Source: a virus (lineage: Duplodnaviria > Caudoviricetes). From it: a DNA stretch of 64,000 nucleotides. The position numbers and the translations under genes were made by a program. The notes under the pieces were generated by a model, which saw only the letters and a program-made list of their open reading frames with translations, did not search any database and was not told the DNA's origin. Every line of letters starts with the position of its first letter. Position 1 is the stretch's first letter. Below, in pieces: positions 54,951 through 64,000 of the stretch. The stretch covers positions 96,001 to 160,000 of the IMG/VR virus record IMGVR_UViG_2595698832_000001, one strand, 5' to 3'.

Positions 54951-56122
54951 CCACTATTTTATTTAATCCAGTATTTAAAATATTGATACTAGCATTTAAA
55001 TCTCTATCAATAGAAAACCCACATTCAGAACAATGGTAGGTTCGTTCAGAAAGTTTTAAACTTTCTTTAATACATCCACAATTTGAACAAGTTTTAGATG
55101 ATGGATAATAAGTATCAATCTTAATTAAACAGCCTTGGTTTTCGGCTACTTTATAACTTATTTTTTCAATAAAAGAACTCCAGCTAACATCAGATATTGC
55201 TTTTGAAAGCCTTTTGTTCTTAACCATATTCTTGACTTTTAAAGTCTCAAGACAAATAGTTCTATACTTATCGGCTATCTCTCTTGAAACTTTATGTTGA
55301 TAGTCATTTCTTTGATTTTTAACTTTTTTATGTAAGCTTTGAAATTTTTAATCTTTGTTTTTCTCTATTATTAGAACCCTTTTGTTTTCTACTTAGACTT
55401 CTTTGAGAAATCTTAAGTTTTCTTAAAGATTTTTCAAGAAATCTTTTATTTTCGAATACAACCCCATCACTACAAATAGCAAAGTCTTTGATACCAAGGT
55501 CTATACCGACACTTTCTGATGTTTCTTTAGATTCTATATCTGTATAGAAGGTAAAAGAAATATAGTACTTATTGTCTTCTCTACTTATTGTAAATCCGGT
55601 AACTTTTTCAAACTCATACTTGATTTTATGTCTTTTGAATCTTATTCTAAGATCATCTTCTGCATAATCTGATGCTCGAGGTTTTCTTAAAATAATATAA
55701 TCTCCTTCTATCTTTGCACCTTTATAACAGTTAAAACTCTGAGTACTTGATTTCTTAGCTTTGAATTTAGGATAATTAAGAGTTATATAAAAGTTATTAA
55801 ATGCTCTACTAAGATTCCTCATTATAGCCTGAGCATAGTCAGCAGGAAATAAAGCTAGATAGCTATATTCTTCTTTTAGTCTCGGAAGTGAATTGTTTAG
55901 ATCAATCTCTGTAGGAATTTTTGAAACTATATTACCTTTATTCTTTCCGTTTTGAATTTCATAAGTTCCAAACTTGGAGTCTTTGATATTATAGAGTGAG
56001 ATGTTATAAATGGCTCTAGATAATCCAAAGAATGATTCAAGTATCTCTTTTTGTTTAGAATTTGGTTTTAATACAAATTTAGCACTTCTGATTGTGCTAT
56101 AAATATTATCAGTTTTATTCAT
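54805..56122 (-). CDS. tnpB: RNA-guided endonuclease TnpB; frameshift near 55340
   Basis: RuvC GIDLG, CLETL and DRDLNASINI all intact; CSNC/CSEC zinc finger; N-terminal LKPN..Q...L...FG..R..YN. Confidence 0.9.
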
Positions 56123-56277
56123 AACTCTTACTTATGTTTAAAATTAGAGATTTAAAAGAACTGCAATTCTTTTACTTCTCGTCTATTATATTTATACTTC
56201 AAAACTTTTAATTTCTGAAAATTCTAAAATAATTTCTATATTTATTTAGTTTAATATACTTTTAAGCTTAGAAATAT

Positions 56278-56334
56278 ATTTAATTTATCCGCTATTTCTG
56301 CAGTTAACATATAATCTTTGGTTACGAAGTTCAT
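56278..56334 (-). CDS. 5' part (19 codons) of the interrupted HTH gene
   Basis: MNFVTKDYMLTAEIADKLN. Confidence 0.55.
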
Positions 56335-56578
56335 TTTAACCCCAAATAAAATAAGCTGGGTATGCTATCATCATTACTACGGCTACAACTATGTAAACTA
56401 AGTCAAATGTAAATCTATTATCACCTAATTTTGATTTAAAGTTTTTCATTTAATCTCCTTTATCTTTTGATGAAATAATTATAATATAAAATAACTTAAA
56501 AGTTTCTTAAATAATCTAAATACTAAATATCGAAGTTAATTAAGATAATAAATAACCTAAAAATACATAGAGGCCAAA

Positions 56579-57493
56579 ATGTATAAACTATTATTAGAAA
56601 ATTCTCTTAAGGAGACTACAAACTTAATTAGCGAAGGTATAGATGCAGATTTTTACCAAGTTATGTTAGGTGATATCTTAAAAGATAAAATCAAATCGTT
56701 TATAGGTCATCATATTGCTGAAGTTCAACCTATGATGCAACCATCTGGATATGTTTTCGCAAGACAAGAAACTCAAGATACATTTAAAATTATTAAAAAA
56801 CAAATTGATGTGGATACTAATAAATCTATTATCAAAATATCACAGGAAGCTTGGGAAGATTTATTAAATTTAAGTAATCTTAATAAAGCCGGAAATGAAC
56901 AAACACCAGAATTATTCATTAACTGGGTCAAGTCTTCTGCAGCACACAAAGAAACTGAAAAAATTATAAATCTTATTAAAGAAAATGCAGTTGAATCAGA
57001 AGGTATTACGTTAGATGATAACAACGATTCTAAACAAAATGCCGAAACAAACTTATTTCATATATCTAAAAAGGTAAATGATTTAGTTATTAAAATGAAT
57101 TCACCTAATTTTAGAACATACGATAGTTTTTGTATACTTCCGCAAACTGGTGTAGGTGGTATATTATCATTAAGTTTTACTTATTCAAGAATAGATGACT
57201 CAACAGATGAAAATAGAGCGAATGATTATTTCTTAGGTAAGATTAATAATACAAGATATTATTTAAATCCAAACCCTGACGATAATAATGCTTATGTGGG
57301 TTTAAAATCTCATAAAGAAAAGGGTGTTAATTCGTTGATTTATAGCCCATATTGTATGAACTTAACAACTGCTTATAATTATAAATCCGGCGAAAGAACT
57401 GTAGGTATATTTACAAGAAATGCATATACAATACACCCTTTACATTCTGCAACTACTCCGATGTTATATAAGTTTGCAATTACGGAAGCTTAA
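56579..57493 (+). CDS. Capsid protein paralog (gp23/gp24-like)
   Basis: EVQPMMQPSGYVFA, LIYSPY and GIFTRNAYTIHP resemble gp23 motifs; late motif at 56547. Confidence 0.7.
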   Translation: MYKLLLENSLKETTNLISEGIDADFYQVMLGDILKDKIKSFIGHHIAEVQPMMQPSGYVFARQETQDTFKIIKKQIDVDTNKSIIKISQEAWEDLLNLSNLNKAGNEQTPELFINWVKSSAAHKETEKIINLIKENAVESEGITLDDNNDSKQNAETNLFHISKKVNDLVIKMNSPNFRTYDSFCILPQTGVGGILSLSFTYSRIDDSTDENRANDYFLGKINNTRYYLNPNPDDNNAYVGLKSHKEKGVNSLIYSPYCMNLTTAYNYKSGERTVGIFTRNAYTIHPLHSATTPMLYKFAITEA

Positions 57494-57543
57494 GAGATTC
57501 TTAAGCTTCTAAGTTTTACACTATAGTGTTAACACATAACACT

Positions 57544-57844
57544 TTATAGTTTCAAGTTTTGCATTGTAGCTGAAACGTTAGCTTCTCTTTCTATATCCGG
57601 GATTACAACTTTATCAATAGGTTCTATGTTTGATGCTTTTACTGGTTTAGAACCAAAATTAATATCTAAAACAGGTTCAGTTTCAGTCATATCAGCTGAA
57701 TCATTTTCAACTTCTTTAATAGGTTTAGAAATCTTAGTATTTTTTAACTTTTGTTTCTGGTTCTATCGTACAAGCACCAGAATCATCAAATTCTAAAACT
57801 ACTCTCTTAACATTTAATGGAAAATCTTTTATTTCAATAATCAT
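57544..57844 (-). CDS. Hypothetical protein; frameshift near 57750
   Basis: MIIEIKDFPLNVKRVVLEFDD...ATMQNLKL. Confidence 0.45.
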
Positions 57845-57891
57845 CTTAAATCCTATATTTAGTTTAAAATTAATTTAATATTAATTTAATA

Positions 57892-58143
57892 TTAATTTAA
57901 TGGTTGTGTTGCATCTATAACCGAGTTTTCTTCTTTCATTATTTCTAAGGAAACGTCAACTTCTTTTATACAATTTTTTATCATATTGGCTCTTTGAATT
58001 TCATAACCTATAGTTGATCCACGATCTTCGAAATACCATTTAGTCATAAAAAATGTAAAAGCTATACCTGAAAAAAATCCTAATAAAAATAACGTTATTG
58101 TGTATTTAATAAAACCTGAAGTTGCAGATTTAATTATTTCCAT
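57892..58143 (-). CDS. Small membrane protein
   Basis: One TM segment; AGGAG RBS. Confidence 0.6.
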   Translation of the reverse strand: MEIIKSATSGFIKYTITLFLLGFFSGIAFTFFMTKWYFEDRGSTIGYEIQRANMIKNCIKEVDVSLEIMKEENSVIDATQPLN

Positions 58144-58168
58144 TTTAAGCTCCTTTGACTATAATTAA

Positions 58169-58708
58169 TTATAAACTTTTATTAATAAAATCTAAATATT
58201 CATTAGAACTTTTGATAAAATCTTTAAATAAATCAAAGTTTTTTGTTAAAAAATTCTTAAGTTTAATCTTAGTCATAAAACGATCATTAAAACGATTTAA
58301 ATCATTTCTAAAAGTGAAAGCTCTTTTTCCTAAACAATCCCAAGCGTAATAGTTTTCATAGAAAATATTACGATCTTGCAAATCAAATCTAATTTTGATT
58401 CTGGTTTCATTATCCTCAATAAGTTCTATTGCCAAACCATTAGGTACACCATTTCTAAAAAATTCTATTTTATTGTGAGATATTGAGATGCCATCTGAAG
58501 CATCTTCATCTACTTCAATTACACCATCTTCACAAGTAGCTATTTTAGTAGGATAATAAGCACTTTCTATTATCGAGTTGTCTTTAAAAACTACAAATTG
58601 AGTTCTATAGTCTACTTTTAAGTCAAAATGTGGATTATTTTTTAACATTTTAGATATTAAATCATTGTTAAAATCTTTTATTTCTTGTATTTTTGTGTTT
58701 TTAATCAT
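58169..58708 (-). CDS. Hypothetical early protein
   Basis: Start MIKNTKIQEIK after AAGGAG; the ORF at 59031 has a similar N-terminus (MIKKSKIQEI). Confidence 0.6.
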   Translation of the reverse strand: MIKNTKIQEIKDFNNDLISKMLKNNPHFDLKVDYRTQFVVFKDNSIIESAYYPTKIATCEDGVIEVDEDASDGISISHNKIEFFRNGVPNGLAIELIEDNETRIKIRFDLQDRNIFYENYYAWDCLGKRAFTFRNDLNRFNDRFMTKIKLKNFLTKNFDLFKDFIKSSNEYLDFINKSL

Positions 58709-59780
58709 TTTATCTCCTTTTTTATTTCTGTTATTGTATAATAATAATCTTAAAATAAGATTAAAATTATACATCATTGCTTATGAATTTGGTTTTTATA
58801 CAAGAAAAAATATTTTAATGTCTAAATCTAATTTTTTATTTTCTTCTAAAAATTAGTTTCACTTAATATTTCTATCTTAATATTTTCTGATTTTTCAATA
58901 CCCTCATTTATAATAGATTTGATATATTCTCTTTCTTTTCTTATTTCTTCTAATTTCTCATCCGTATATTCATTTTCTTTTTCCTTCAAAACTTTTTCAA
59001 AAATTTCTTGTATTTTTGATTTTTTAATCATTTTACCTCTATTATATAATAATCTTAAATAACTGATTTTAAGCTTATTTAAAACAAGTTTATTTTACGA
59101 TTTTATATTATTTATTCGTTTTAAACATTTTTTAAGCTTTGGTGCTAATTCTTGACTGATATTTGCATAATGAGCAAACACCATAGTATTAAAATTGAAA
59201 CCAAAGGTATTATTGCAAACAAATAAACACTATTAACTTTTTTACCATTAATATAATAAAAACCAACAACACTAATAATAAAAAGAAAAAATAATAATAA
59301 ATGAACAAATCAATAAATTTAAATTATTTAAAATCATTAAAATCCCGTATTGTGTATCAAACTAAATAACTCACAGAATTAGTAAATAATTTATAATTTT
59401 TATCGTACATTTCTTCAGCAAGAATTACTTGATTATTAATATAAGAACAATAAAAATAACCTACTATACTGCGCTACTTTTTTATTATTTGTAAATTCTA
59501 CATAAATAAACAAATAATTACCATCGGTATCTATTCCAATAATTTTTGCAGTTATAAATTCTTTAACTATACTTTTTGTATTCAATGATTTAACAATATC
59601 ATCGAAATTTTGACTCAAGTCTATACTATTCAATAAGTCAGTCAATTCATTACTAAAATCTTTAAAATCTGAATCCATTTTATCTCCTTGTAATATTATA
59701 TAATATAGAATCTTAAAAATCAATTACAAATTATATTTTCTAATATATTCATCAATTAAGTCTGGTGTTATATCTGAATA

Positions 59781-59827
59781 ATTATTAGAATTATTAGAAT
59801 TATTAGAATTATTAGAATTATTAGAAT
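59781..59827. repeat. 9-bp tandem repeat (ATTATTAGA)x5
   Basis: Direct reading; encodes (SNN)n on the minus strand. Confidence 0.85.
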
Positions 59828-59893
59828 TTTTTTAGATTCTCAAAGAATTCAAGTAATTCAATATCTTTTATGGTACCAATCCAACTTAACAAA

Positions 59894-60904
59894 TCAATAT
59901 TTTTCATAGTCTTCTACTCCGTAAAAATTCAAACAATCTAATATTTTTATTGTTTCTTCATCATAATCAATTTGAGGTGTTATACAATTAAAATTGATAT
60001 TCTTTAAGTATTTAACATTGTATTTATTAAAATAATTCAAACACATACCAACATTACAACTTTTGAATTTACAAACTTGATAATCTTTTAACTTTAGAAC
60101 TTCTTCTACAGTCAAAGTTTTTCTTGAACAATTTTCAATGATTCTATCTGGGTAAACGTGAAGTCTCAAACCATTGCAGACCATACCGAGATAATTTTGA
60201 CTCGCAAACTCAGATTCATTCATATATTTCTTAGTTCCTTGAGAAATCGTTACGTAGTCTCTATCTGCATTAAGGTCAACGCCTGCTACATTTTTATTTG
60301 GATTACTAAAACCAAACCCTGAAATATGAGTACAAATAATATTAGTAAATCCTTGAGATTCTAAGAAATCTTTAACATTTTGAGTTCTTTCTATTAAATC
60401 TGGTTTTTTATGGTTAAAAAATAATTTAACTTCTTTTGGTAAATCTATGTCTAAGAAATATTTAAGTCTTTCAATATATTGATTAGAATTAATTTGAGAA
60501 GCGTGATAAGTTGTAACTAAATCTAGGTTTCTATATTCTTTTAGACGTTTATAATGATCTTTTATATATAATAGATTTGTTAAAATTGTTACGTCTTTTA
60601 GATCCTTAAATAAGTCTAAATAATCATAAAGATAATCACACATTAGTGGTTCACCACCACATAAAACTGCGGATTTTAATCTAGGAAATATAGCTTTAAC
60701 CAAATTAAAACATTTTAAATCTGCTTCGCTTTTAGTATTTTTAGCAGCATTAAAATCTGTAAAACCTGAATTACAACAATATTCACAACTAAAACAACAT
60801 TTATCGGTTGTCATTATCGCAGCTCGAATACCTTCAAACTCTAATGTTCCATTTAGTAGTTTTTCATATGAGCATTCAGAACCCGAGAAGTCTATTTTAT
60901 TCAT
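59894..60904 (-). CDS. Radical SAM protein
   Basis: CCFSCEYC, GGEP, LTNL, TYH; C-terminal Cys cluster; probably extends to about 59725 through slips. Confidence 0.78.
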   Translation of the reverse strand: MNKIDFSGSECSYEKLLNGTLEFEGIRAAIMTTDKCCFSCEYCCNSGFTDFNAAKNTKSEADLKCFNLVKAIFPRLKSAVLCGGEPLMCDYLYDYLDLFKDLKDVTILTNLLYIKDHYKRLKEYRNLDLVTTYHASQINSNQYIERLKYFLDIDLPKEVKLFFNHKKPDLIERTQNVKDFLESQGFTNIICTHISGFGFSNPNKNVAGVDLNADRDYVTISQGTKKYMNESEFASQNYLGMVCNGLRLHVYPDRIIENCSRKTLTVEEVLKLKDYQVCKFKSCNVGMCLNYFNKYNVKYLKNINFNCITPQIDYDEETIKILDCLNFYGVEDYEKY

Positions 60905-60930
60905 TTTAAACCTTTGTGGGCTTTTAAACT

Positions 60931-61761
60931 TTAAACTAAATAATTTATAATTGTGTCGGACTCACCCAATATAAATTGATCCAGATCTGTTTCTAAACGT
61001 CTTTCTAAACCAGGATCTTTATAATTGATATTCCATAAATCAAAATCTATACCTAATATTCTACATTCTATTATAAGTCTAGGTGAACAATCAAAATGTC
61101 TCATAATAGGCGTATACACATACTTACTAAAATTAAAATTCTTGATAGGTTTGTTTGTTGAATTCTGTATATTCAAATAATCACTATACATTACAATATC
61201 AGGATAATCTCTTATTAGATCTTTTATTTGAGATTCTGATAATGCCCTACAATTTTTAGTAATATGAGCAAAAGGTTTATCTCCTGGTATATGATTTAAA
61301 TGGGGTAACACCTTCTTAGTATAATTTATTCCCAAACCAGGATATATTTTATGATCTGCTAAAAAAGTCACATATTCTGGCTTATCTCCGGATTCTAAAA
61401 AACTAGGACCACAAGCAAACGAAAACACTTTGCCTAGTAATTTAGACTTATATTGATTTAAAAACCAATACCCACCATCGGTTACTAGTATATTTCTAGC
61501 TTTAATTGCTAATATCTTAGTATCTAAAAAATATATATCATTTAAATCAAAATCTACACTATAGTGTCCTTTTATGAAATCATTAAAAGTTTCTTTAGTT
61601 ACTACTTCTGGAATTAAACATTTAACATTAACACCTTTATTTTTAAAATACCAGTAATAATCTAATACTTCAAATAAATGTCCGGATAATCCGTGCATTT
61701 TAGTATTATTAAAGTGAAAACTATGAGTTACTAATATATCTGCTTTAGTATCTAATATCAT
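60931..61761 (-). CDS. Hypothetical protein, weakly glycosyltransferase-like
   Basis: YVYTP...FDCSPRLIIEC..LG loosely resembles the GT-B sugar-binding motif. Confidence 0.35.
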   Translation of the reverse strand: MILDTKADILVTHSFHFNNTKMHGLSGHLFEVLDYYWYFKNKGVNVKCLIPEVVTKETFNDFIKGHYSVDFDLNDIYFLDTKILAIKARNILVTDGGYWFLNQYKSKLLGKVFSFACGPSFLESGDKPEYVTFLADHKIYPGLGINYTKKVLPHLNHIPGDKPFAHITKNCRALSESQIKDLIRDYPDIVMYSDYLNIQNSTNKPIKNFNFSKYVYTPIMRHFDCSPRLIIECRILGIDFDLWNINYKDPGLERRLETDLDQFILGESDTIINYLV

Positions 61762-62043
61762 CGTTTAATCCCAGTTTTTGTGTGATTATGAATGTATTTC
61801 AAATCTTTAAATTTATAATAGCATTCATTAGTTTTTCTTTTTGTGCTTTCAAAATAAGGTTCATCACAAAATTTATATTTTTCATTCGCAATATATTTTT
61901 TAGTATAATATAACAACTCTTTCATAAAATCAATTTGTTTTTCTAAATTATTAAAATCTAAATCTTCAATATTGTTTACATTTAGATTTAAATTACTAAC
62001 ACTTTTTAATTTATTTAAGCAATATTTGTTAAAATCATTGATT

Positions 62044-62478
62044 TTAGATTTTTTTATATTCTGCTAAACGATCTTCAAGACTAGGTTTCGAACCTATGGA
62101 TTTACGTTTTCTATCATATAAGTAAGTATTACATTTCCATATTCTAACACCAGCTCTAAATAATCTTTTAAGCCTTGATATTTGTAGACTTCTTTCTACA
62201 CCAAAATCAATATTTTTATAATCTAATGTGATATTACCACGCCAATCACTATTGGCTACAATTACATATTGTTTGTCTGTAACAGCAATATAAAGTATAT
62301 TTGGGTTTGTTTCAATTTGTTTAGCTTCGTAGATTTCTTCAAATCTAGCTTCGTTAATATTAAATGAAGGTTTTAAACGTTCAAGATTTTTGATAGCACA
62401 CGTAATTTGTCTTTGTGTTCTATTGAAATATGCTTTGTCGTTTTTATATCCTAAAAATATTTTTGTAATGTGTTTCAT
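62044..62478 (-). CDS. Hypothetical early protein
   Basis: Preceded by the promoter-RBS cassette at 62479-62539. Confidence 0.7.
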   Translation of the reverse strand: MKHITKIFLGYKNDKAYFNRTQRQITCAIKNLERLKPSFNINEARFEEIYEAKQIETNPNILYIAVTDKQYVIVANSDWRGNITLDYKNIDFGVERSLQISRLKRLFRAGVRIWKCNTYLYDRKRKSIGSKPSLEDRLAEYKKI

Positions 62479-62600
62479 TTTATCTCCTTTATCTTTTAAT
62501 GAAATAATTATAATATAAAATAACTTAAAAGTTTCTGAAATACAAACCGAATCTTAAAGTTTAAGCTTAAAAAGTCTTAAAAGCTTAAACCTAAAAGTTT

Positions 62601-63102
62601 TTAAACGCTACAACCTCCAGACCCACAACCTTCAATTACTTGATCACCATCTGCATCATCTGTAGTTCTAAAATTAGCATAATACAATGATTTGACACCT
62701 AAATTGAAGCATTCTATAAATTCTTCTATAACATCTTCAATATTAACTTTTTTAGTTTCTACGATATTATAATATTGATTTGTACTAATACTTTGATCTA
62801 CATATCTTTGTATTGTACTCACTAATTTAAGATAATCTTTATTATTAAAGTCAACACCCCAAGCAGTCGTATAATATTTTTTGGCTGTTTTATAGAAAGG
62901 AACCAACTGTTTTACAGTAGAACTTTTTTTCTGTTTTAATAGTTACTAATTCTCTTGGAGGTTCGATACCAGGTGTTGCTGAGCTTGGCTTTGAACTGTT
63001 GTGTGAAATAATACCATCATTAAGAAAATAATTATGATATTTTTCAACTTCTAAATCCCAAGTCTTAATTTTTTTACCGATTTTAATGTTTTTAACGACC
63101 AT
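62601..63102 (-). CDS. nrdA: Split-intein C-fragment fused to the ribonucleotide reductase alpha C-terminal part; frameshift near 62928
   Basis: Own RBS and ATG; TWDLEVEKYHNYFLNDGIISHN/S intein end; then ATPGIEPP, QRYVDQSISTN, GVKSLYY, CGSGGC. Confidence 0.88.
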
Positions 63103-64000
63103 TAGTTATTCCTTTAAAATAATTATTAAATAATTCATCTATATCTATAGAATTCTTTGTATTTTTACTTATGTTTTTGTCTAGCATCTATTACATCAAG
63201 ATTGTAAACACTGCCTATAATTTGTGGCAAGATATTATTATGAAATCCAAAAAAATTTTGAGATCATATGATCAACGTGTACGACTTCATCTTGTCTTTT
63301 TATTTTTAGATGCTGGACCCCTTCTCTCTAATAATTTTTGTTTTTCAGGAGGTAATTGTTTGATAGCGCGCTTAGTAAATCTTTCTACCATTAACTTATA
63401 ATGTTTAAAATCATCCAAATTTTCTTTAGCAGTCCATCTACCAATATTTTCGAAGGTCTTTCTGGTTTTCAGTATATTTTTCTGTTGTATATTCACATAC
63501 TTTTTTAGAACTTATATTATTATATATCTCAGTACCTTCATCTACACCATAATCTGCTATATAACGTTCTAACGTATTTTGATATTGTCTAATTGTTTTT
63601 ATCTCTTGGTATCTTATATACCCTAAGACTGGACCTAATCTTAACATTGTGCTATTTAACGACGTAGTATCCGCTTGTTTTGACAATATTTCACGAGCTT
63701 CATCCTTAGTGTAGCCTAATTTCAACCAATATTCATAACAAAAATTATTTTGTTCCTTAGTTTTTTGTAATCTTTCATTGTATTTAATTTTACCTAAATC
63801 TACCCCGTATTTTTTAATATAATGCTCTAATTTAAAATTAGCAGATTTATCCTTGAAATTAGCCCAGCGTATTTCCCAATCATCACCATAACGTTTTTTA
63901 AAGTTTTCTGGTGTTGTAATACATTTATCTACAAAATTATTAAATAGCACATTTCCATATTTTTCACCAAACCTTAGTACATAATTTTCTAGTGAACTTT
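63092..64000 (-). CDS. HNH homing endonuclease (5' end outside window; several slips)
   Basis: Repeated LExYxxxYG-like units; reconstructed HVDHMIS...GSVYNLDVI...NISK; its stop overlaps the intein-fragment start. Confidence 0.65.

Larger units (their letters stand above)
54794..56277 (-). mobile_element. TnpB-only (IS1341-like) element, ~1.48 kb
   Basis: Contains only tnpB; the flanks rejoin in frame; hairpin at 56153-56174; omegaRNA-like 3' region. Confidence 0.7.

Noticed and set aside
54794-56277. Confirmed group I intron (IStron)
   Set aside because: Only about 155 AT-rich nt precede tnpB; P/Q/R/S-like matches are weak and overlap the omegaRNA region.
59820-59900. TGA read-through or recoding in the radical SAM gene
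   Set aside because: Two compensating homopolymer slips explain it, and other genes end normally at TGA.

Overview
Very AT-rich 64-kb segment of a large T4-related myovirus. Gene content matches the Campylobacter group II (Firehammervirus, CP220/CP21-like) phages; this is inferred, not from a database search. It carries replication and nucleotide genes (topoisomerase gp39/gp52, primase, clamp loader, RNase H, ligase, UvsW, dUTPase, TK, NrdA 3' half), virion genes (portal, sheath, tube, baseplate, capsid paralog), QueE, three other radical SAMs, sugar enzymes, a Mod methyltransferase and a halogenase. About 30 single-base slips, mostly in A/T runs, break even essential genes and are treated as sequencing errors; the ORFs were re-joined by eye. 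Highlights: (1) nrdA fractured by a split intein with an HNH gene upstream of the C-half; (2) a TnpB-only element with omegaRNA features and a phage late promoter that splits an HTH gene in frame, plus a stray copy of its end; (3) an unannotated ~100-nt four-way-junction RNA with its own promoter; (4) a 9-copy repeat array at the strand switch near a UL9-like helicase; (5) (CxxC)n proteins on duplicated promoter cassettes, a GNAT pair, and a ligase-like/HIGH nucleotidyltransferase fusion.
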